Below are positions 57,012-64,000 of a stretch of 64,000 bases of DNA, piece by piece (within the stretch, counting starts at the first letter, position 1; each line of letters opens with the position of its first letter). The DNA comes from the human T2T-CHM13v2.0 reference genome, Homo sapiens: the NCBI RefSeq assembly GCF_009914755.1, contig NC_060948.1. The stretch is one strand, 5' to 3'. The translations under genes and the position numbers were made by a program. The notes under the pieces were generated by a model. It made no database searches. It was not told the DNA's origin and saw nothing but the letters and a program-made list of their open reading frames with translations.

Positions 57012-60000
57012 AACTTTAATGGAATGTACTCGAATGGATTCGACTGGAATGGAATGTTCTGGAAGTGAATGGACTCCAATGGAATGGATTCAAAAGGAAT
57101 GGAATCGTACGGAATGGAATCTAATGGAATGGAATTAAATGGAAATGAATCAAATTGAATAGCACGGAATTGAATTGAATGGAATGGAATGCAATGGAAT
57201 CTAATGAAACGGAAAGGAAAGGAATGGAATGGAATGGAATGGGCTGGAATGGAAAGGAATCGAAACGAATGGAATGGAATCGAACTGAAGAGACTGGAAT
57301 GGAATGCACTGGAATGGAAGGGAGTGTAATGGAAGGTTCTCGAAAAAAATGGAATCGAATGGAATGGAATTGAATGGAACGGAATAGAGTCGAATGGAAT
57401 TGAATGGAATGGAATGGACTAGAGTGAAATGGAATCAAACCACAAGGAATGGAGAGGAATAGAATGGTCTCGAATTGAATGGAATCATATGGAATGGCAT
57501 CAAACGGAATGGAATGGACAGCCACGGAATGGAATGCACTCGAATGCAATGGAGTCGAAACTAATGGACTGGAATAGAATGGACTCGACTGGTACGGACT
57601 CCAATGGAATGGAATCGAATGGAAGGGAATCGAACGGAATGGACTCGAAGGGAAAAGACTGCAATGGAAAGGTCTCGAATGGAATGGAAATTAATGGAAT
57701 GGAATGGAATCGAATGAAATGGAGTCAAAAGGAATGGAATCGAATGGCAAGAAATCGAATGTAATGGAATCGCAAGGAATTGATGTGAACGGAACGGAAT
57801 GGAATGGAATCCAAAGGAATGGAATAGAATGGAATGGAATCGAATGGAAAGGACTCGAATGGAAATCACTCGAATAGAATGCAATTTAATAAAATAGGAT
57901 CAAATATAATGGAATGGAATGGAAAGGAATCGAAACGAAAGGAATGGAGACAGATGGAATGGAATAGAACAGAGAGCAATGGTATAGAATGGAATGGAAT
58001 CATCTGGAATGGAATTGAATGGAATGGAATAATATGAAATGGAATGGAATGGAATGGAATGGAATGCCCTTGAATTAAATGGACTGGAATGGAATGGACT
58101 CGAACAGAGTGGAATGGAAAGTGTTGAGATAGAATGGAATGGACTCCTTTGGAATGGTGTAGTATGCAATGCAATCGACTGGCAGGGAATCAAAAGGAAT
58201 GTAATCGAATGGATTGGACTGGAATGCAATGGACTCGAATAGATTGCAAACAGAATGCAAAGGAATGGAATGGAATAGTATGGAATGGAATGGAAAGGAA
58301 TGGAGTGGAATAGACTAGAGTGGAATGGAATGGACTGGAAAGCAATGGACTGGAATGGAACTTTCTTGAATGGACTGGAATCAAACGGAATGGAATGCAA
58401 TGCAATCAAATGGCATGGAATAAAATAGAATGAAAGAGAATCAAATGGAATTGAATCGAATGGAATCGAATGGATTGGAAAGGAATAGAATGGAATGGAA
58501 TGGAATGGACTCAAATGGAATGGACTAGAATGGAATGGATTCGAATGGAAGGCAAAGGAATGGAATCTATTGGAATGGACTGTAATGGAATGGAATGGAA
58601 GGGATTGGAATGGACTCGAATGGAATGGACTGCAATAGAAAGGATTTGAATGGAATGAAAAAGAATTGAATGGAATAGAACAGAATGGAATCAAATCGAA
58701 TGAAATGGAATGGAATAGAAAGGAATGGAATGAAATGGAATGGAAAGGATTCGAATGGAATGCAATCGAATGGAATGGAATCGAACGGAATGGAATAAAA
58801 TGGAAGAAAACTGGCAAGAAATGGAATCGAAATGAATGGAGTGTTATGGAACGGACTCAAAAGGAATTGAATGTAATAGAATGGAGTGGAGTGGACTCGA
58901 ATATAATGGACTGGAATGGAATGAAATCACATGGAATGGGAACGAATGGAATGGAATGGAAAGGAATGGAATCGAATGGAAAGGAATCGAATGGAAGGGA
59001 ATGAAATTGAATCAACAGGAATGGAAGGGAATAGAATAGACGGTAATGGAATGGACTCGAATAGAATGGACACGAATGCTCAAATTGAATGGACTCGAAT
59101 GGAATGGAAACGAAAGGAATGTCATCGAATGGAATTGAATCGATTGGAATGAAATGGCATAGAATGGAGTGGAATCAAATGGAATTGAATCGAAAGGAAA
59201 GGAAGCGAATGGACTGAAATGAAATGGAATGGAATTGAATGGAAAGTAATGCAATGGAATAGAATGGAACGAAATTTCACGGAATGGAATCAAACTGAAT
59301 GGAATCAAATCAATGGAATCAAATCAAATGGAATGGAAAGGAATTGAATGGAGTAGATTGGATTGGATGGGATTGGAATGAAATGTACTGGAAAGGACTC
59401 GAATTTCATGAAACGGAATGGAATGAATTGGAACGGAATGGACTCGAATGGAATGGAATGTCATGGAATGGCATCAAATGGAATGGCATCAAATGGAATG
59501 GAATCGAATGCAATGGAATGCTATGGAATGGAATGGAATGCATTGGAATGGAATGTCCTCTAATGGAATGGATTCGAGTGGAATGGAATCGAATATAATG
59601 GAGTCGAATGAAATGGAATTGAAAGGAATGGGATCGAATACAATGGAATATACTGGAATGTAATGTAATGAACTCGAATGTAATTGACTGGAATGGAATG
59701 TACATGAATGGAATGTAATCGAATGGAAAGTAATCCAATGGAATAGAATCTAATGCAATAAAATCGACTCAGATAGAGTAGAATGTAATGGAATGGAGTG
59801 CAGTGCAATGGAATGGAATGGAATGGAATGCAATGGAATGGAATGGAATGGAATGGAATGGAATGGAATGGAATGGAATGGGATGGAATGGTATGGAATG
59901 GTATGGAATGGATAGTAATGGACTGGAGTGAAATGGACTGGAAAGGAATGGACTCAAATTGAAAGGGCTCGAAAGGAATGGAGTCAAATGGAATGGTCTG

Positions 60001-60590
60001 GAATGGAATGAACACGAATGTAATGCAATCCAATAGAATGGAATCGAATGGCATGGAATATAAAGAAATGGATTCGAAGAGAATGGAAACAAATGGAATG
60101 GAATTGAATGGAATGGAATTGAATGGAATGGGAACGAATGGAGTGAAATTGTATGCAGTAGAAGGGAATAGAATGGAATGCAAGCGAAAGGAAAGGAATG
60201 GATTGGAATGGAATGGAATTCATTGGAATGGAAGGGAATGTAGTGTAATGGACAGGCCTGGAATAAAGTGGAATGCTACGGTCTCGAATGGAATAAAAAT
60301 GTATGGAATGGAATACAAAGAAACGGAATCGAATGTCATAGAATGTAATGGAATGCAACAAAATGGAATCCAAAATCATTGACTGGAAAGGCTGGGTGTC
60401 GAAAGGAATTGACTCCAATGGAATGGAATCGAATGGAATGGAAGTGAATAGAATCGAACTAAATCGAATGGAATGGAATTGATAGGAACGGAATGGAAAG
60501 GAATGCAATGATTTGGCATGGAATGGAATCGAATGGCATCGAATGGAATGGAATGGAATGCAATGGAATGGAATGTATTAGAATGTAATG
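57012..60590 (+). repeat. Unit U17 (3579 bp)
   Basis: Anchor at 57012. GTATGGAATG present twice at 59891-59910. Confidence 0.9.
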
Positions 60591-63500
60591 AACTTTAATG
60601 GAATGTACTCGAATGGATTCGACTGGAATGGAATGTTCTGGAAGTGAATGGACTCCAATGGAATGGATTCCAAAGGAATGGAATCGTACGGAATGGAATC
60701 TAATGGAATGGAATTAAATGGAAATGAATCAAATTGAATAGCACGGAATTGAATTGAATGGAATGGAATGCAATGGAATCTAATGAAACGGAAAGGAAAG
60801 GAATGGAATGGAATGGAATGGGCTGGAATGGAAAGGAATCGAAACGAATGGAATGGAATCGAACTGAAGAGACTGGAATGGAATGCACTGGAATGGAAGG
60901 GAGTGTAATGGAAGGTTCTCGAAAAAAATGGAATCGAATGGAATGGAATTGAATGGAACGGAATAGAGTCGAATGGAATTGAATGGAATGGAATGGACTA
61001 GAGTGAAATGGAATCGAACCACAAGGAATGGAGAGGAATAGAATGGTCTCGAATTGAATGGAATCGTATGGAGTGGCATCAAACGGAATGGAATGGACAG
61101 CCACGGAATGGAATGCACTCGAATGCAATGGAGTCGAAACTAATGGACTGGAATAGAATGGACTCGACTGGTACGGACTCCAATGGAATGGAATCGAATG
61201 GAAGGGAATCGAACGGAATGGACTCGAAGGGAAAAGACTGCAATGGAAAGGTCTCGAATGGAATGGAAATTAATGGAATGGAATGGAATCGAATGAAATG
61301 GAGTCAAAAGGAATGGAATCGAATGGCAACAAATCGAATGTAATGGAATCGCAAGGAATTGATGTGAACGGAACGGAATGGAATGGAATCCAAAGGAATG
61401 GAATAGAATGGAATGGAATCGAATGGAAAGGACTCGAATGGAAATCACTCGAATAGAATGCAATTTAATAAAATAGGATCAAATGGAATGGAATGGAATG
61501 GAAAGGAATCGAAACGAAAGGAATGGAGACAGATGGAATGGAATGGAACAGAGAGCAATGCTATAGAATGGAATGGAATCATCTGGAATGGAATTGAATG
61601 GAATGGAATAATATGAAATGGAATGGAATGGAATGGAATGGAATGCCCTTGAATTAAATGGACTGGAATGGAATGGACTCCAACAGAGTGGAATGGAAAG
61701 TGTTGAGATAGAATGGAATGGACTCCTTTGGAATGGTCTAGTATGCAATGCAATCGACTGGCAGGGAATCAAAAGGAATGTAATCGAATGGATTGGACTG
61801 GAATGCAATGGACTCGAATAGATTGGAAACGGAATGCAAAGGAATGGAATGGAATAGTATGGAATGGAATGGAAAGGAATGGAGTGGAATAGACTAGAGT
61901 GGAATGGAATGGACTGGAAAGCAATGGACTGGAATGGAACTTTCTTGAATGGACTGGAATCAAACGGAATGGAATGCAATGCAATCAAATGGCATGGAAT
62001 AAAATAGAATGAAAGAGAATCAAATGGAATTGAATCGAATGGAATCGAATGGATTGGAAAGGAATAGAATGGAATGGAATGGAATTGACTCAAATGGAAT
62101 GGACTAGAATGGAATGGATTCGAATGGAAGGCAAAGGAATGGAATCTATTGGAATGGACTGTAATGGAATGGAATGGAAGGGATTGGAATGGACTCGAAT
62201 GGAATGGACTGCAATAGAAAGGATTCCAATGGAATGAAAAAGAATTGAATGGAATAGAACAGAATGGAATCAAATCGAATGAAATGGAATGGAATAGAAA
62301 GGAATGGAATGAAATGGAATGGAAAGGATTCGAATGGAATGCAATCGAATGGAATGGAATCGAACGGAATGGAATAAAATGGAAGAAAACTGGCAAGAAA
62401 TGGAATCGAAATGAATGGAGTATTATGGAACGGACTCAAAAGGAATTGAATGTAATAGAATGGAGTGGAGTGGACTCGAATATAATGGACTGGAATGGAA
62501 TGAAATCACATGGAATGGGAACGAATGGAATGGAATGGAAAGGAATGGAATCGAATGGAAAGGAATCGAATGGAAGGGAATGAAATTGAATCAACAGGAA
62601 TGGAAGGGAATAGAATAGACGGTAATGGAATGGACTCGAATAGAATGGACACGAATGCTCAAATTGAATGGACTCGAATGGAATGGAAACGAAAGGAATG
62701 TCATCGAATGGAATTGAATCGATTGGAATGAAATCGCATAGAATGGAGTGGAATCAAATGGAATTGAATCGAAAGGAAAGGAAGCGAATGGACTGAAATG
62801 AAATGGAATGGAATTGAATGGAAAGTAATGCAATGGAATAGAATGGAACGAAATTTCACGGAATGGAATCAAACTGAATGGAATCAAATCAATGGAATCT
62901 AATCAAATGGAATGGAAAGGAATTGAATGGAGTAGATTGGATTGGATGGGATTGGAATGAAATCTACTGGAAAGGACTCGAATTTCATGAAACGGAATGG
63001 AATGAATTGGAACGGAATGGACTCGAATGGAATGGAATGTCATGGAATGGCATCAAATGGAATGGCATCAAATGGAATGGAATCGAATGCAATGGAATGT
63101 TATGGAATGGAATGGAATGCATTGGAATGGAATGTCCTCTAATGGAATGGATTCGAGTGGAATGGAATCGAATATAATGGAGTCGAATGAAATGGAATTG
63201 AAAGGAATGGGATCGAATAGAATGGAATATACTGGAATGTAATGTAATGAACTCGAATGTAATTGACTGGAATGGAATGTACATGAATGGAAGGTAATCG
63301 AATGGAAAGTAATCCAATGGAATAGAATCTAATGCAATAAAACCGACTCAGATAGAGTAGAATGTAATGGAATGGAGTGCAGTGCAATGGAATGGAATGG
63401 AATTGAATGCAATGGAATGGAATGGAATGGAATGGAATGGAATGGAATGGAATGGAATGGAATGGAATGGGATGGAATGGTATGGAATGGATAGAAATGG

Positions 63501-64000
63501 ACTGGAGTGAAATGGACTGGAAAGGAATGGACTCAAATTGAAAGGGCTCGAAAGGAATGGAGTCAAATGGAATGGTCTGGAATGGAATGAACACGAATGT
63601 AATGCAATCCAATAGAATGGAATCGAATGGCATGGAATATAAAGAAATGGATACGAAGAGAATGGAAACAAATGGAATGGAATTGAATGGAATGGAATTG
63701 AATGGAATGGGAACGAATGGAGTGAAATTGTATGCAGTAGAAGGGAATAGAATGGAATGCAAGCGAAAGGAAAGGAATGGATTGGAATGGAATGGAATTC
63801 ATTGGAATGGAAGGGAATGTAGTGTAATGGACAGGCCTGGAATAAAGTGGAATGCTACGGTCTCGAATGGAATAAAAATGTATGGAATGGAATGCAATGA
63901 AACGGAATCGAATGTCATAGAATGTAATGGAATGCAACAAAATGGAATCCAAAATCATTGACTGGAAAGGCTGGGTGTCGAAAGGAATTGACTCCAATGG
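60591..64000 (+). repeat. Unit U18 (partial, truncated by the window end)
   Basis: Anchor at 60591. Confidence 0.9.

Larger units (their letters stand above)
1..64000 (+). repeat. DYZ1: Human satellite III (GGAAT)n array, DYZ1/HSat3A6-type, ~3.56 kb unit, about 18 copies, head-to-tail
   Basis: Continuous diverged GGAAT pentamers. Unique landmarks (AACTTTAATG, GACAGGCCTGG, GGCTGGGTGTCG, GAAGGTTCTCGAAAAAAA) recur every 3554-3579 bp. One EcoRI and one HaeIII site per unit, as known for the ~3.56 kb DYZ1 repeat. HSat3 identity is near certain; the DYZ1/Yq12 assignment rests on unit size and site pattern. Confidence 0.95.

Noticed and set aside
5-63997. Hundreds of ORFs up to 318 aa (MEWNG- and IPFHS-rich)
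   Set aside because: (GGAAT)n and (ATTCC)n have no stop codons in any frame. The ORFs overlap in all six frames, recur with the unit, are broken or fused by random indels, and many use non-ATG starts. No domain is recognisable.
1-64000. CRISPR-like or other repeat-spacer system
   Set aside because: There are no constant repeats separated by unique spacers and no cas or other genes. Every segment recurs each ~3.56 kb.
1-64000. SCA31-type (TGGAA)n expansion or telomere-like repeat
   Set aside because: The pentamer is the same, but pure tracts here are short and embedded in a diverged 3.56-kb unit. There is no unique flank and no TTAGGG.
1-64000. HSat2, DYZ2/HSat1B, Alu or L1 insertions, or an inversion junction
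   Set aside because: No CATTCGATTC/ATCATC-dominated HSat2 pattern, no AT-rich or Alu sequence, and no switch to an ATTCC-rich + strand anywhere.

Overview
The whole 64 kb is one uninterrupted, single-orientation tandem array of human satellite III: a diverged (GGAAT)n pentamer on the + strand, organised into a ~3.56 kb unit. The unit length (3554-3579 bp) and the single EcoRI and HaeIII/StuI site per unit match DYZ1 (HSat3A6) of Yq12 heterochromatin. This assignment is by recognition, not by alignment. Anchoring on AACTTTAATG gives 17 complete units and a partial 18th (U1-U18). There are no genes, RNA genes, transposons, CRISPR arrays, inversions or DYZ2 junctions. All listed ORFs are artefacts of the stop-free pentamer (poly-WNGME / poly-IPFHS). 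I see no new gene system. Three things merit a second look. (i) Each unit carries three perfect heat-shock elements (GAAnnTTCnnGAA), 53 of 54 intact, in a carpet of TEAD-type GGAATG sites. (ii) Shared variants record a nested duplication history: a 3-unit block duplication, an internal triplication, chimeric units and a 2-unit-period duplication. (iii) One hypervariable pentamer tract plus a few indels accounts for unit length variation. All variant calls were made by eye and need an alignment to confirm.
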